From: Felis catus
Lineage: Eukaryota
Reading direction: 5' to 3'
Length of the DNA stretch: 64,000 bases
NCBI RefSeq assembly: GCF_018350175.1
Contig: NC_058368.1
Coordinates: forward strand, 214,088,001 to 214,152,000
Part shown: positions 48,760 through 62,756 of the stretch, piece by piece
Layout: each line of letters starts with the position of its first letter
Position numbering within the stretch: position 1 is the stretch's first letter
Notes under the pieces: generated by a model
Seen by the model: the letters and a program-made list of their open reading frames with translations, nothing else
Told to the model about the DNA's origin: nothing
Databases searched by the model: none
Program-made: the position numbers and the translations under genes

Positions 48760-51142
48760 CTGGAAAGAATAATAACATATCAAACATTTTTAGAGATGCT
48801 TAAAATTCAGTGTTAGAGCAAATAAGCTCTGGAGAGAGAGGGCGGAAATTTCAATAGCAAAACAACAAAAATAAGTTGGCTATCAATTTTGAAATGAGGA
48901 AAATGTTCTTTCAGATATGCTAAATGGAAGGCATGTGCCGAGTAGGAAGCTGCTGTTTTCCTTTCTCCTTTTCTAGCGCTTAAAAATCCTATTTTAAGTA
49001 ATAGCATTGCTGTAGGTCAACATGCCAGAGTGGATTATTTCACTACTCTCTTTTCCTCGCTAGTATGTGGGCTGAGATCTGGTTAGGAGAAACGAGTTTG
49101 TGTTTCTGATTCCATTTGCATATATATCCTCATGAACAAGTCTGAGGCAAAGAATATCACAGACAGTTTCAATTCAGCTGAAAGTGGATACTGTTGAATT
49201 TTCACTAAAATGTACTGAGTACCTGTGATGTGTCTGCGTAAGTCAAGGCAGAGTCTGCTCTTCAGACTCTTGGCTCCAGCCATGGGTTGTGGTAGACTGG
49301 CCTGGGTCAAGGAAGGTTGGAAAAGACCACACATCTTCTTTTCAAAATGCATACTAGCACATTGAAGTTTCTGGAGTGAAATTTTGCAACAGCGATGCCA
49401 GCCTACATTTAATAAAGGATTTCTCAGACTTGACCAGGAAGCTGTTTTTCCTCATACGACCTAATAACATTATAGGATAATGTTTTAGAATTTGTATATA
49501 ATAGAATATAGGAATTAAATGAGCAATTCTATTTAAATTTCTTTAGGAAATCCTGGGTTTTCATCTCTAAATTTTACATATATCATAAGCAATCAAGCCT
49601 ATATATATAAATGGGTCACAATGCCTATGTAATTTTAACAGGTGCATCAGGTATATCTCAATATCACAGTGAGAGTTGTCGGCTACAGGATCTCCAGAAA
49701 AGTCAGCTATTATACTTGTGAGTAATAATTTTCCAGGACAAATATTAACTTTCAAGAACGTAACCTCACATTAAAAAAAATCCTTGGGCCAGATTGCCTG
49801 GCAAAGATGTTACAAAGTGGTTTATATTTCATGTAATTAAAATAATACATGCCCATATCTCCATCCTAAACTTTTCCATATTTCTCGAAAAAGAATCTAA
49901 CAAATGACTCCTTCATTGTACTATTTGAGATGGGAAAATTTCTTAAATTATACTAACCAAACATATGCAGCGCTTTGTAATGTAGACCATAATAGTAATT
50001 AAACTGGTTCATTCACGAAAGAAATACAGATAAAGAAACACGTTTTAGGTAATAAGAACAGAATTTTCTCTGTGTCTCCTATTATTGTAACAGGTAAATT
50101 TATAGATGACCAGTGTTTTGATTTTTTTTTTTACCCCAGCAATGAGTAATTATAGCCACCAAACACATGGTTTAGTGGAAAGCTTTCTATTGGAATATAA
50201 GTGAGATATTTTATAGTGTTCAGCATTTTTAAACCTTTATTCCATTACTATGCATCTTCTTGACAGCAGGCTGGGGAAGTTGAAAATTCCACAGGTGAGT
50301 GAATTAATACTGTGACAATTAGTCATGCTGGAAAAATGCCAGGCAATCGTATACTTGTCATTATGTGGCCTTGGTACAGGTGTGGAATAACTGATGCTCG
50401 GTTAGGTAATGACGATTCTGTTCTTCTCGCGGATAGTATATAAAAGGGATTGAGGGAGCATATGGAGAAAAGCCCTCTAAAGACATCTATTCATTTTTAG
50501 CAGGAGAGATTACACTGAGGTTGATTCAGTGGAAATTACATTTTTCTTAATTTCTCATATTCTCCATTATTTGCATAGACAAATCCTGCAGTGAAGAATT
50601 ACACGTCTGTTGCTGCACTCAGTGTGTGCCCCATGGTGCTGGCAGGAAAGAGGGATACAGAGAATGGAGGTGTCAGCTGTTTAACAGGCAGACTCCTAAA
50701 GGCCATTTTAAAGAAAAATCGATCCCTGTGGGTGTTGTGTGGAAACTCTACAAGCTGTTGCCACTTGAATATTAAATATTAGTTCTTTTTAATATCACAG
50801 ATACCAAAATGTCAAGTATTTTTCTTTCTTTCTTTCTTTTTTTTTTTTTTTTTGCTTAGTTGGTAATGAGCTTTTAAAGTGATGCAAATTTAAGCAGTGT
50901 TTGCAAGTATGCTAGAACATCTAGTTTTGCTATAACCCAGCTCTTTTTGTATCAACTTGGCAGGGTGTGCCCTTGTTAAAAACTCAATATGCAAAATTAC
51001 TAAAATTACTATGATCCGCTCATATTTAGTGTTAGCTTTTTAGAGGGATAGACTTCTGTGTGAAATTCATAGTTTAAAAAAACTCCAACAAACTGAACTG
51101 TTGAATATATAACTTAGCAATTCTCATTTAATACTTTGTAAT

Positions 51143-51400
51143 AGGCAAGATTGCATGGTGGTTAAGATTATCAATGCTGGAGCCAGATTGCCTGCGTTTA
51201 AATCCAGACCCTGTCCATTAGTTGCTGTGAACTTGGGAAAATGCTTAATCTCATCTGTACCTTAGTTTCTTCTTTGTAAATGGGGATAATTACAGTAACT
51301 ACCTCATAGTGTGTTGTAAGGATTAAGTCATTCCATGCAAAGCACTTCTAACAGCGCGTGGCGCTTAATAAGGTCTTAATAAGTATCAACTGCTATTATT
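51143..51400 (+). mobile_element. MIR
   Basis: GTGGTTAAGA...CTGGAGCCAGATTGCCTG...CCTTAGTTTCTTCTTTGTAAATGGGGATAAT...ACCTCATAG...GTAAGGATTAA. Confidence 0.8.
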
Positions 51401-51812
51401 ATTATTACTGTTGTTATTACTATTGTTATTGTTACCATGATGCATTGCATATTAAGAATTCATCTATAGCACACTGCAAAAGTCTGCAAAAGATAGCATG
51501 GTTCCCTCTTATGCTTGAATATTTTTTAATTTTTCTAGAAGCACTTCCGAGCAAGTCAAATTCTTTTTTTTAGTCAAATTATTTTAAAATTAAAAAAATT
51601 GAACGCCTTTAAAAATCAAAATCACACCATTTGCTAATCATTTTCCTCTGTGTAGACTTCAATTCGGGATTTCATAGTAATAATAGTATAAAAACAGAGA
51701 GGGTGGAAGCTTTATGCCCACTGACTGCATGAAGAATGTGGGCAAAAAGGAAAGTTCACTGGAGGATTGACTCATTCATGGAATCTGTGCTTTTTTTCCC
51801 CCTTTCCATTAA

Positions 51813-51895
51813 ATTTTTTTTTAATGTTCATTTTTGAGAGAGACAGAGAGAGCACCTAAGTCTGATGCTCAACCGACTGAGCCATCCAGGTGCCC
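51813..51895 (-). mobile_element. Can-SINE remnant with most of the body deleted
   Basis: Tail (TTTTTAATGTTCATTTTTGAGAGAGA) joined directly to head (CCGACTGAGCCATCCAGGTGCCC). Confidence 0.8.
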
Positions 51896-52809
51896 TTCCT
51901 TTCCATTTTGTTGTGTTAAGGTTTTGAAAGTCATCTTTATTCAGGTGGAAAAAAATCAGAACCCAGTGTCAACGTAGGAATTTTGCCCTTGTAAAAATGA
52001 TACCGGACAAACATGTCTTTGTGTAATTTATGTGCTATTTTTATTCTAACGTTATACTGGATAAGAATATGATAAAGTTTAAATGAGTGATATGTATATA
52101 TTTTAGATTTTACTTAATTAAAAAATATGAAATAAAAACATATTCCAAGCATACTCTTAGATCCAAAAAACAGGATTCTTAGGATGCGGAATTGCCATAG
52201 GTCAAGGAGGGAAAAGCCCAGTGTAGCACAACTTTGAGAAATATGGGGAAGTTGCTGACTTGTAAGCAGTCAAAATACAGGAGTACCACATGGCAAGTAG
52301 TAATCAGCTATGCAGGCTCATTTTGTAGATGTCAAGAGGTAAACCAAAAGGATAAAGAGTTAGGGCATGCATAGACACTGAATTTTAAAATAGCAGGCAG
52401 GCATGGTATTCAGTCAGGAAAGAATCAGAAGGTTAGAGCGCGAGAGAGCAAACAATGCAAAACAACGTAGAGACTGTACCTTTTTGCCCCCATCCCCTCA
52501 TGGCACTAAGAGCAAATCAGTTAGAAATATCAAAACCTCTATAAAGACAAGACTTGAGCTGCCTAATTGCAGCTTAATGGCAGCTTAGCAATGGACTTAA
52601 AAGATTACTTGATAGACCACGTCTCTACTTTTTATTTTCTTTTTGCTGGGATCTGGGTTTTTTGGGGGGATTTTCTGTTTCTTATAGGCCATCATTTGTA
52701 CACTCTGAAATGTGATATGCGTAAGTGGTTGATCCGGAAAAATAGTTTGAGTCGTTGCAGAAGCCCTGTCTTAGCGATGTGTAGAACGTAATTAAGATGT
52801 TTATGGATA

Positions 52810-52932
52810 GGGGCACCTGGGTGGCTCAGTCAGTGGCCTGTCTGATTCTTGATTTCGGCTTAAGTCATGATCCCAGGGTTGTGCGATCGAGCTTCACGTC
52901 TTGCTCCATGCTGAGCATGGAACCTGCTTAAG

Positions 52933-52985
<53 letters not shown>

Positions 52986-53069
52986 CTCTCTCCCTCCCTC
53001 CATCTCTCTCTCTCTCTCCCTCTGTCCCTCTCCCCGCTCTCTCTCTCAAAGATAAAAAAAAATTAAAAA
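52810..53069 (+). mobile_element. Can-SINE with long (TC)n
   Basis: 17-bp TSD AAGATGTTTATGGATAG at 52794-52810 and 53070-53086; (TC)n at about 52935-52983. Confidence 0.95.
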
Positions 53070-56000
53070 AAGATGTTTATGGATAGTGGGGCAAGGCCCA
53101 CACAGCGTTGATAATTGCATATGTTGTAACTTAATTTGCCTGGCAGCCAGTATGCATATACATTCCATCTTCACGCGAGTACGTAGCCAAGTCCAGCTTT
53201 TATTTAATGAAAGCCATTTAGGAGGAGCCTGGAACTCATTAATTCACGAGCTACCAGTTTAGAATATGTGATAATTAATGCACAAGCTCGGCTAAAGTTT
53301 TCCTTTGATTTGCAAAACCTTTTTCCCTAGATTATTGGAAATTAATAATGTAAAAATATTTCATAGGGATATATAGAATGAGAAGATAAACTACAGTGTC
53401 TTCAAGTTCCCTAGAGTCCTTTGGAATCACCTTCTATTTGCAAATCATTAATATGCTAATTAAAAACTTCTCTATTGATTGAATTGCTTCTCTGGTGACT
53501 TATGTTTGATAACAGTCTGAATGTCTCAACTGTGTTATCTGGTTTTGAGATACTGATTTTATTATACTATTTACAAACAAATAAGTAAATATTAAACAGG
53601 TTTAAAAACAATATAATTACTTTAAAGTTTTAGAATTCAGACTCAGCATACATTTGTTCTATTATTCTTGATTAATTCTAATCAGTGCAATATTACTATA
53701 ATGCTACCTAAGCTTACAAATTAAACCAAGCACGTTCATTCTTTGGTATGCAGAGCCTTAACCTGGGCACTAAAAACATAGGAAGCATTCAATAAAACAA
53801 CATTCTTAATATACCTTTAACCATTTACCATAGTGAGAGAATATTTTAAAATCTGGTAGGAAACCGTTTCTTTGAATAAATAGTGTTGCATATAAATGCT
53901 GTAGCATGGTATTTTGCATTGATGCTGCTTACAAAAAACACTTCCGAAAATATTGTCTATACATGAGTCATCCTAACCCATTGGCAGAACCCATTAGCAA
54001 TGCTTTGGCATATGTATTATAAATCCCTTACTAAGTTCTGGTACATTTTCTCACCTTAGATCATTAATGAAGTAGAAAACAACTGGTTATTTACAACTAC
54101 TTAACATTTCTCCTGACTCTATTGTATTCCAACTCTGAGCCTGAAATTGCTCTAGTCCCACAAAGCCTTTGGGTGCGGTGGGGATGAAGATGGTATTTAC
54201 TCCATTAGAACCTAGCAAATTTAAGAAACAGAACTGTGATATCAGGATAAACCAAACAGAGGGCAGCCAAAGGTACTCGTGCCTTTCTTCAAGTAAATCT
54301 TTAAAAACGTCCATGTTCTTTATTCTGAGAGAGGAGCTTTACAACCAATTAAGTTTTTTCAAGATCAATTATCCGCTCTCCCAAGAAACTTTGTTTTGAA
54401 TAAGTTGCCTCCTGCTGTGCATAAAAAGTCTACAGTACATGGCTGATCCTCTAGAAGTGGTGGCATAAGGATAGAACCAATTTAAAATTTTTGGTAGAGA
54501 TTTCACATGAAGTCTTCATTTCTAAACTTCCATTTCATTTTTCTGTAAATGTCAAAGTCACTGTTGAGTAAAATTGGTTCTGTTTCATGTGTGTAATGAA
54601 CTCCACTGAAATGTGTCAAACAGCTTTGGCACCTCTCATCACGTAGCATTTCTCTTGTGCCAATGAATCATCATGGCAACAGCCATCAAATGATGCCTGG
54701 TTTTTTTTGTAAATGTTTATATTTGTGGATAATATGCCAGTCTGTTTGCAAACTGATGTATTTCCAGATGAAGCTCTTTTAACAGTATTACCCTCGTTCT
54801 AAAATCACATTCCACACATTGCATTAATGAAGATAAAATCAAATGTGTTACAGCACATAAAATGGTGTTTCATGTGTAGTTGAGGCTCAAGGAATATTTG
54901 TTGATGTGAAATACTCATTTGGGACAAGAAACCCCCAAAAGCACGAATCAGAGGATAAAGACGAAGTTCTTTTTCCACATGGGGGAAGAATTCCAACCTA
55001 TTTTATCATAAGAGAAAGTTATCAGGGTATGGTTAGGAACGGACTCTGGCACACCACACATCTGGATTAGAAGCTCAGCCCTACTCAACACTGGCTGGGG
55101 ATCAACACGTGTCTCAATTTCTTTAAGTATAACATGGGACAATTTTAACAGTACCTACCCCATAGGATGCCTGTGAGGATAAAATGAATGAATTCATGTG
55201 AGGTGTTAACAGTAAGATGGCCACAATTACCTAAGCTGTGAAAAAAAAAAATCTTAGCAGAGGACACACATAGGCTATACCAGGAGCAGAGTTTTGCCTC
55301 TTGTGTATTTCTTGTTTGCAATTGACCAGTTAAACCAAAATCAGCCACCAATCTTTAAAGATCAGTGCATGCTCATTTCTGGATTAAGTTGATATCAGGA
55401 GTTCTGGTGACATTTTTATTTCTGGAGTGGACGGAGCTCCCTTCCCAAGCATGGCAGGTGCTTCCCCACCAATCCTTAATGACGCTGTTCAGTTGCTTGT
55501 TTCATTCCTTTATGCATGTTGCCTGGCTCCTGAGGGTGTCTGGGCTTGTGGATGTTGTCTTTTCCCAAAAGATTTACTCAGACAAACAAAGGAAAAGAGA
55601 AAGCATTTTACACCTTTAATTAGATATTCATAGCATGAATTTTAAACAACTTCTGTAGCAAACTATATGTCTAGGTTGCAGAAATGTATGAAAGACTTGA
55701 TTTCATATTACTCCTTGCTTGTAAGTTAGGCTCTTTGGGAGCTACATTAATTCTTCTGGATGCATAGCCATTTAAGACAATGAAGCTTGAATAAGACTGC
55801 AAGATGTCAAAACCCACTTGTACATTAGTGTGAATGATTTCAATGAGTTTGCTCTTCTTTTTCAATAGCTCAATGAGAGGGCAGGCTGAGAGTATTGGCT
55901 GGGAGCTGGGGCCGGCTGGAGACAAGGGTTTCTTAGTGGGTGTAAGGAGTTCAGGGCAGATTTAAATTTATTGAATTGTAAAAGCAGGAGTCACATGGTT

Positions 56001-56608
56001 GGGTTTATCATTAAGTCGTTACGAAACTTGGCACATCACAGATGATTCCAAAGGCTCATAGTGGTGCAAAGTGTCATGAGGAGTGGAGATGTTGTATTTA
56101 ATTTTTCCTGATATTATATCTAAGCCTTTCATCAATTACATGAAGTCTAACTAATAAGTAGTAATACTAGTTAAATCTACTGTGTTCCATCCCTGACCTT
56201 ATTATGTGAAGGTACTATGCTAAGTATACCACAGACGTGTGTTAATTTAGCCCTCATGCCCATTCTGTAAGGTGGATAATCTTATAATTCCTGCTGATGA
56301 GAAACTAAAGCTTGGAGAGGTTGAGTAACTTGTCCAAAGTGATGCCATGGGTGTGTAATAAAGCCAGATCCTGACCTTGGCACCAGGGTCCTTGCTCTGA
56401 ACACACCTTGAGGAGTCACAGCTCATAATAAGTGCTCAGTATGGTTGTGACTTTAGAATGGAGTCTTCATGACTTCCCTAAAATTGTAACAGCCATACAG
56501 GTTCCTAGAGGTAAAAATAGTCATCACTAAGTGCATAAGCTAAATAAGAACAGCAAAGGTTTGCTCTGTGCCAGGTAATGGAATAAATGCTCTATAAACA
56601 TGTAAGTC

Positions 56609-56832
56609 TTTTTTTTTAATGTTTATTTTTGAGAGAGAGACACACAGAGAGAGAGAGAGATGGAGTGTGAGCAGGGGAGGTGCAGAGACAGAGGGAGACA
56701 CAGAATCTGAAGCAGGCTCCAGGCTCTGAGCTGTCAGCGCAGAGCCTGACACAGGGCTCGAACTCACGGACTGCAAGATCATGACCTGGGCCAGAGTCGG
56801 ATGTTCAACCGACTGAGCCACCCAGGTGCCCC
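56609..56832 (-). mobile_element. Can-SINE inserted in a MIR
   Basis: Reverse head and tail; ATGTAAGTCTT/ATGTAAATCTT flanks; MIR-like sequence on both sides. Confidence 0.93.
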
Positions 56833-57966
56833 TAAAGATGTAAATCTTAAACAAGAATCCTTTGAGATGGAGACTATCATCCTTACCCTCTGCTTCAGAG
56901 ATGAGAAACACAGGTTTCGAGGGACTGGATCCTTTGCCCAAGGATGCACAGCCAGTGGTTGGCAGAAGCTGGCTAAAACCCAGCTAATCTAGAGGCTCCT
57001 TCTTAACTATAACATTCACTGTCTCATTTGTAGTTTGCTCATGGAGACAGCATCTAGGTTTTACTTACCCTCATTTCAGACAAAATTTGAACAAATTTAT
57101 CACCAGGTTTCTAAATCCCCAGCAAATTAAAGAGATTGGTCTAAGGAGCGCTGGAGGCTGGAGTACCAATTTTAGTAGGAGGCGATGGCTGAGGGGGGCA
57201 GAGAGAATGGCTACAAATGGCCAGCAGAAGAACTAAAGACAAAGGATGGAGTCAGGGGCTGGTCTGGGGAAGTAGTGATGCTCTGTGTTCCTATGCCAAG
57301 AACAGTGCCTGTGCAGAGTGACAGCGGATAAGCATTTGTAAAATAAGTGTGTGTATGGATGAATGCACAGGCGACTGAGTGTAAGAATGACTCAGTGCCT
57401 GAATTAATGACAGGATGACTCATGGGCGTGAGGATGAACATATGAATTCTTAGCAGCACTTGAGGGTACTACGATGTTGCAAATCTAGCAATGAATATTC
57501 ATAACGATGACCTGGAATCATTAAGAAAAGGTCCAAGTCTCTTGAATGCTTGAGAAGTCATGGATATGTACAATAAATCTAAGTACGACGACTATCAAAA
57601 GTTGTTGTGGTGGTGTTTAGGAGAGCTGGGTTTTAGGTCCCACTTTGTTTCTGTCTTTCTCTTCCCATTTCATCTCAGACAAGCTTCTCTATCTCTCTGA
57701 GCTTATGTATGAAATTAGGGCTGGAGTGCTATTACCAGGGAGAGCATAGCATCGTGGTTGGAAGCACAATCCAGCCAGTTCACCCATTTGTATCCCAGCA
57801 TCAATACTTATTAGTCTTGAGGAGTTGTCAAGTGGCTTGACATGATGAGCTTCAGTTTTCTCATCTTCAGATTGGGAATAGTAAACTTTGGGGTCTTGGT
57901 GGAGGGACTTGATAAATAAAACCTGGTTTCTCTTTCAAAGAAATTTCCAAAGAAATTAAGAAATAA

Positions 57967-58197
57967 CGCCTGGGTGGCTCAGTCGGTTGAGCGTCCGACT
58001 TCCGCTCGGGTCACGATCTTGCGGTCTGTGAGTTTGAGCCCCGCGTCGGGCTCTGGGCTGATGGCTCAGAGCCTGGAGCCTGCTTCCGATTCTGTGTCTC
58101 CCTCTCTCTCTGACCCTCCCCCATTCATGCTCTGTCTCTCTCTGTCTCAAAAATAAATAAACTTAAAAAAAATTAAAAAAAATTAAAAAATAAAAAA
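57967..58197 (+). mobile_element. Young Can-SINE with slight 5' truncation
   Basis: CpG-rich body; TSD AAGAAATAA at 57958-57966 and 58198-58206. Confidence 0.94.
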
Positions 58198-58218
58198 AAG
58201 AAATAAAATGAAGAAGTG

Positions 58219-58655
58219 TGGGGCAGCTGGGTGGCTCAGTCAGTTAAGCTTCAGACTCAGACTCTTTAAAAAAAATTATTTATTTATTTATTTTTGAGAG
58301 AGACAGAGACAGACAGTGCATGTGTGTGGGAGGGGGTCGGCAGGGAGGGAAGGGGCAGAGAGAAAGGATCCCAAGCAGGCTCTACACTGTCAGCACAGTC
58401 TGATGCAAATCTTGAACTCACAAACTATGAGATCATGACCTGAGCCAAAATCAAGAGTTTGCTTATCAAACTGAGCCACCCAGGCACCCCTAAGCATCAG
58501 ACTCTTAGTTTCCCCTAAGGCCATGACTTTATGTTTCATGAGATGGAGCCCCTTGTTGGGTTCTCTTCTGCCCCCCAGCATGGAGCCTGCTTTGGATTCT
58601 CTCTCTTCCTCTCTCTCTGCCCTTCTCCTGCCTGCAGTCTCTCTCAAAATAAATG
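58219..58655. mobile_element. Nested SINEs: minus-strand SINE (about 58275-58490) inside a plus-strand SINE
   Basis: Outer head at 58219-58266 resumes at 58491; duplicated TAAGC(T/A)TCAGACTC. Confidence 0.88.
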
Positions 58656-58988
58656 AACTTTGAAACAAAGAAGTGTTAGAAGGAGACTAAGCAATAACAT
58701 TTATTACTAAAATAATAAAAGGCAGATTGGAAAGGCAGCTTAGTGTGAGAGCCGAGCAGTCTTGCTAAGTAAACCCCAGCATTAGTCAGAGGCCCCCTGG
58801 AGTCAGGGTTGCATTTCGCTTTGTCTTTTACAAAAGCCACGGAGCAGGCTCTGATTCTACATGCAGCGCCAGAGAGAATGACTTCCTGCTCCCACTTCTG
58901 GACAGCTAAGGTACAGAACCTGGATGTCTGTAGAAATGATCCCAAGGAATCTGTTTTCATACTCAATAATTTAAAAAGATCATTAGAT

Positions 58989-59232
58989 GGGGCGCCCGGG
59001 TGGTTCAGTCGGTTGAGCGCCAGACTTTGAGTTCAGGTCATGATCTCACCGTTCATTGGTTGGAGCCCCCGCGTCAAGCTCTGTGTTGACAGCTCAGAGC
59101 CTGGAGCCGCTTTGGATTCTGTGTTTCCCTCTCTCTCTGCCCCTCCCCCACTCATGCTCTGTCTGTCTGTCTGTCTCTTTCTCTCTCTCTCAAAGATGAA
59201 TAAATGTTAAAAAAATTAAAAAAATTAAAAAA
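58989..59232 (+). mobile_element. Can-SINE
   Basis: 15-bp TSD AAAAAGATCATTAGA at 58973-58987 and 59228-59242. Confidence 0.95.
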
Positions 59233-59466
59233 GATCATTAGAAACATCTGTGATCTTGAGAGCCACTAAGTCGTGTATTAATTACCAACAATTCTTGTAT
59301 TCATAACTTTGCTTTTTGGAGTTGTTTACAGCATCACTAAAAGGAAAATGTATGAATAATTTACAGATGGGGAGTTTGAAGCTTCCCTTAAAATATCTTT
59401 CACTTCAGGTCAATCAATGCATTCTAGGCAAAATGAATTCCTTTCCATCTTTCTTCATCTTTCCCA

Positions 59467-59468
<2 letters not shown>

Positions 59469-59510
<42 letters not shown>
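59469..59510. repeat. (AC)n microsatellite
   Basis: Visible. Confidence 0.95.
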
Positions 59511-59514
<4 letters not shown>

Positions 59515-61384
59515 TGGGGGGTGAGAGAGAGCGAGTGAGCAAGCAAAAGGGATAACGATCTAGATGTTTTTATGTGCTTTGGACATTTGCCGGTTAGCAC
59601 TGAAAACTACATGCTATTCTCACCCAAAAGGGTAGCACTATTTATAGCTGTGTAGCTCTTTATACCAAGTTTTAATGGGAAAAAATAATCGAACCCCCAC
59701 TTGATGTTTGGATAGCTTCATTCATTCAATGTGTTTTATGTAACATTTTATTTGCAGAGTATTCATAACCTAAATTAGATGCTTCTCATAATATCCTGGT
59801 GTAATAACCTAGAAGACATTTAATTGAATAAATACTGTATAACAACGTAAAGGGGTACTACAACATTTAAAGATTTATTCCCTGAGACGTACTAAAGTCG
59901 AAGGAGGTCTGTGCAGGTAGTGGCATCTTAACTAATCCAGGCTAATGTTAACTGACCATCAAATTAAACCTTCGCAGACAGGAAGACAATGTGCTTCAAT
60001 GGGTTGCTGGATGTTTTATCAATTTTGATTGCCTTCATTTAAAAACTTTAATTAGAACCTCTGTTTACTTGAGTCAAATTGTGCATAAAATATCATGCAA
60101 AACATTTTAAGAGGGAATTTTAATTATACCACTAAAGAAATGCCCTTGTTCAATGTTTACTAAACACTTGCCAGAACAAGTTAATTAATACATGTTTAAA
60201 TAAGTGAAAGAAAAAGAAGGGAAACAAAAAAAAAATCACGTTCATCTTTTGTCAAGTTTTACTGCAGTTGTCAAAGAAGTTCAATTTCTAATTTAACGAC
60301 TGTGCTGTTACAGTGTACATGTGTAATTATAAACAATGGGGCACCGGAACACAATGACGGCCAGCGGAAAGCTAATTCCCACTGGAAGTTGTTGTTCAAA
60401 ATAATTGTGCGTTGTTACTTGATGTTCTGCAGTCATCAAATCAAGCACTTTGTAGTGCTCATTCATCTATTTATTTATTCCATGGTAGAAGATTGGAATG
60501 TTCAGTTGGCATCTAATATGGACTTTTAATTGTTTAAAGCTACAGAAAAATGCTTTTTAATAGAAAAAGCATAATGTGTAGACAAAAAAAATTTGATGAT
60601 GTTGAATTTTTAGTTCTCATTTTAATATGCCACCAACTTTTTTACTTTATTTTTTTTTTAGAATCCTGATTTTTCTCATGTATGAATGTAAACCATGATT
60701 GGCTATGTTAGTAAAGATTGATATTGGTAAACATTTGATAATTTACTAGAAAAGCAAAATGAAATCAATGTTTCTTGGATATACCCTATCTCAGTAGCTT
60801 TATGAAAAATGGGAAGAAAAAGTACCCAAATTAACTTAGAAATCTTCTGGAGAAAGAAAATGCACATATCCCATTAATGATCTCTACCATAATTAAGAAG
60901 CCTATTCTCTTACATAGTGTAACCCACACAGTCCTATTGTAGTTTACTCCACTAGTGTTGAAACTGATCACCAAATTTCTCAAATCCTGTAAGAAGCCAC
61001 AACCTGTGCTGGTCTGGGAAGCGACAGTGACTTAGGAGCAGGTCTCCTTTGGGTGTCCTACTTGAGGTTCCACTAATGGGCATGGCCAGGCCCATCAAGA
61101 CAGTTAAATTAAGCCTCAACGGGATTGTTATAAAAATTACATATGATACAGTATGTAGAACACTCACCATGTTGCCGTGTAAACAGGCACTGAATATGAG
61201 TAGTATCCTTTTTGGTAAGCTCATTCATTGCTTACAAAGGACTGATGTTATGCAGTGCAAGAATAGTACATATGAACAATCTGCAGTCTTAGGGCCACTT
61301 AATATTAGTAAAAAACATGAAGTCAAAATATCATAAAAGGCAGCCTACTTAAAAAACAAAACAAAAAGTGTTTTCTTCTATATA

Positions 61385-61641
61385 TTATTTTTCTTTAAAA
61401 ATTTTTAAAAATATTTATTTATTTTTGAGAGAGACAGACAGAGCATGAGCAGGGGAGGGGAAGAGAGAGAGAGAGGGAGATACAGAATCCAGGTGGGCTG
61501 CAGGCTATGAGCTGTCAGCACAGAGCCCGATGCGGGGCTCAAACCCAGGAACCACAAGATCATGACTTGAATTGAAGTCCGATGCTCAACTGACTGAGCC
61601 ACCCAGACAACCCTCTTTAAAATTTTTTTTTAATGTTTATT

Positions 61642-61683
<42 letters not shown>

Positions 61684-61831
61684 GGGCAGAGAGGGAGACA
61701 CAGAATCTGAAGCAGGCTCCAGGCTCTGAGCTGTCAGCACAGAGCCCAGTGCAGGGCTCAAAACCATGAACAGCAACATCATGACCTAAGCCAAAGTCGG
61801 ATGCTTAACCGACTGAGCCACCCAGGCGCCC
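61385..61831 (-). mobile_element. Two tandem Can-SINEs (about 61385-61613 and 61622-61831)
   Basis: Two complete reverse-orientation tail/body/head units. Confidence 0.93.
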
Positions 61832-62756
61832 TCTGACATCCCTCTTTTAAAGATGAAAACTTTATATCTAGAAAAAAGCATGTTTGATACTTAAGCATGC
61901 CACTGACTTGCTCTGTAATTTCAGCTGGCAGGGGAAATAGAATTTCCTAATGAATTTTTCCTAATAAAATAAGAACCTGAAGTGCCAGCATGTTTGCACA
62001 CCTACCAATTATGAAGTGAGTTTGCCAGGATATTAAAACTAAGCCAAAATATAATTTAGTCCTATAAACTACTGTCAAACTCAGCTATAGTTACATTTGA
62101 AGGATCAGGAATTATTTGATTAGCAATTGATTAATGGGCTTTAATGTGACTGATTATTTTTTCCAAAACACAGAATTTCTTTGTAAAATGAGTATTTTTT
62201 CCTATGAAGAAAATATTATATGTATCTAATATATATGTATAGATATATATTTAAACATTGTAAAGACATCTTTGAGAGTCAAATGTTTCTGACGTCCTAA
62301 CCTTAGAAGATGTTGCAACTCTGTCACTGATACTTCAGATGACTGTAAATAAAAATCAGGTATCCGTGGTTATAAATACTCTGTTTCACATTTTCTTTAG
62401 CAACAGCAAAAAATTTCAATTAATTGAATCTCAGCCAACTACAAATAATGCCAGAAGTGCAATACTTGGTGTACCAGGTCATGGGCAACCATTAATTAAG
62501 ATGCAAAGGATCAGCACTAAAGGCCCCCAATACCGGATTTTTGTCCCAGAATTTTTTTTTGATGGGTATGGACTGAAATATCTATAAAATGCACTTTCAG
62601 CTATATGGGAAAAGAGAGAATTGGGTACAATCTTTATTTTGCTTGCTCTGGAATTTTTGATAAAGTTCTGAAGTGTCATTTTTGAAAATGAAGATGAAAA
62701 TAATCTTACTTAAGGATTTTTATTTATAGACTAGAAAAGCCCTTTAAATTCCATGT

